A stretch of DNA of 26,107 bases. Source: Bdellovibrionota bacterium (GTDB lineage Bacteria; Bdellovibrionota_C; UBA2361; OMII01). The stretch is taken from NCBI GenBank assembly GCA_044356215.1, contig JBIKWQ010000050.1, forward strand, positions 1 through 26,107, read 5' to 3'. The notes beneath the pieces were generated by a model. It saw only the letters and a list, made by a program, of their open reading frames with translations, was not told the DNA's origin and did not search any database. The position numbers and the translations under genes were made by a program. Below are positions 25,984-26,107 of this stretch, piece by piece (the first letter of the stretch is position 1; the number at the start of each line of letters is the position of its first letter).

Positions 25984-25989
25984 TTGAAC
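25936..25989 (+). other. attC: attC site, 54 bp
   Basis: R'' gcagAAC, 5 nt, L'' aatggagc, cgacgc-taaa-gcgcg, L' gctcatt, 5 nt, R' GTTgaac. There are two unpaired extra bases in the left arm. Confidence 0.92.
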
Positions 25990-26010
25990 TAACCCGCTTG
26001 CGCGGAGGTT

Positions 26011-26107
26011 ATGTTGAGAGAATTTGCAATCCTGCTGGTGACGGCGGGATTTTTTTATTCTGAAATCAACAGGTGTCGCAGTCCCAGCCCGTCCCCGACC
26101 ACCCGAG
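26011..26107 (+). CDS. Start of the cassette 2 ORF (truncated by the window end)
   Basis: After R' GTTGAAC: GGAGG (26004-26008), then ATG/TTG. The frame MLREFAILLVTAGFFYSEINRCRSPSPSPTTR stays open to the window end and has a hydrophobic N-terminus. Confidence 0.55.
   Translation, partial: MLREFAILLVTAGFFYSEINRCRSPSPSPTTR

Noticed and set aside
26050..26056. T7 tract in the cassette 2 ORF as a phase-variation or frameshift site
   Set aside because: The run is only 7 nt and the ORF is cut by the window end, so the frame cannot be judged.

Overview
Gram-negative chromosomal region. The gene order lpxB-msbA-DUF374-waaA-lpxK resembles deltaproteobacteria-like lineages, but that taxonomy is an inference. 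From left to right: a repeat-cluttered intergenic start; a YgjV-like membrane protein; a 5'-truncated sugar-ABC permease; an MFS transporter; a MITE with a nested REP-like doublet; two head-to-head gene fragments; a minus-strand run of DUF4124, uvrC, lpxK, waaA, DUF374 acyltransferase, a hypothetical gene, msbA, lpxB, mscL, a DUF481 barrel, a CPA2 antiporter and a tripartite RND pump; then an integron with attI, one complete cassette, a very short 54-bp attC and the start of a second cassette. Three things stand out. (1) The integron integrase has a DUF5710 domain fused at its N-terminus and a 75-aa C-terminal tail. (2) A 709-bp non-autonomous element with IS66-like GTAA ends and an 8-bp target duplication sits exactly on the lpxK start codon and appears to supply a -10 box and SD for lpxK-uvrC. 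(3) Several families of palindromic intergenic repeats are nested inside one another. All calls come from reading the sequence by eye; no searches were run.
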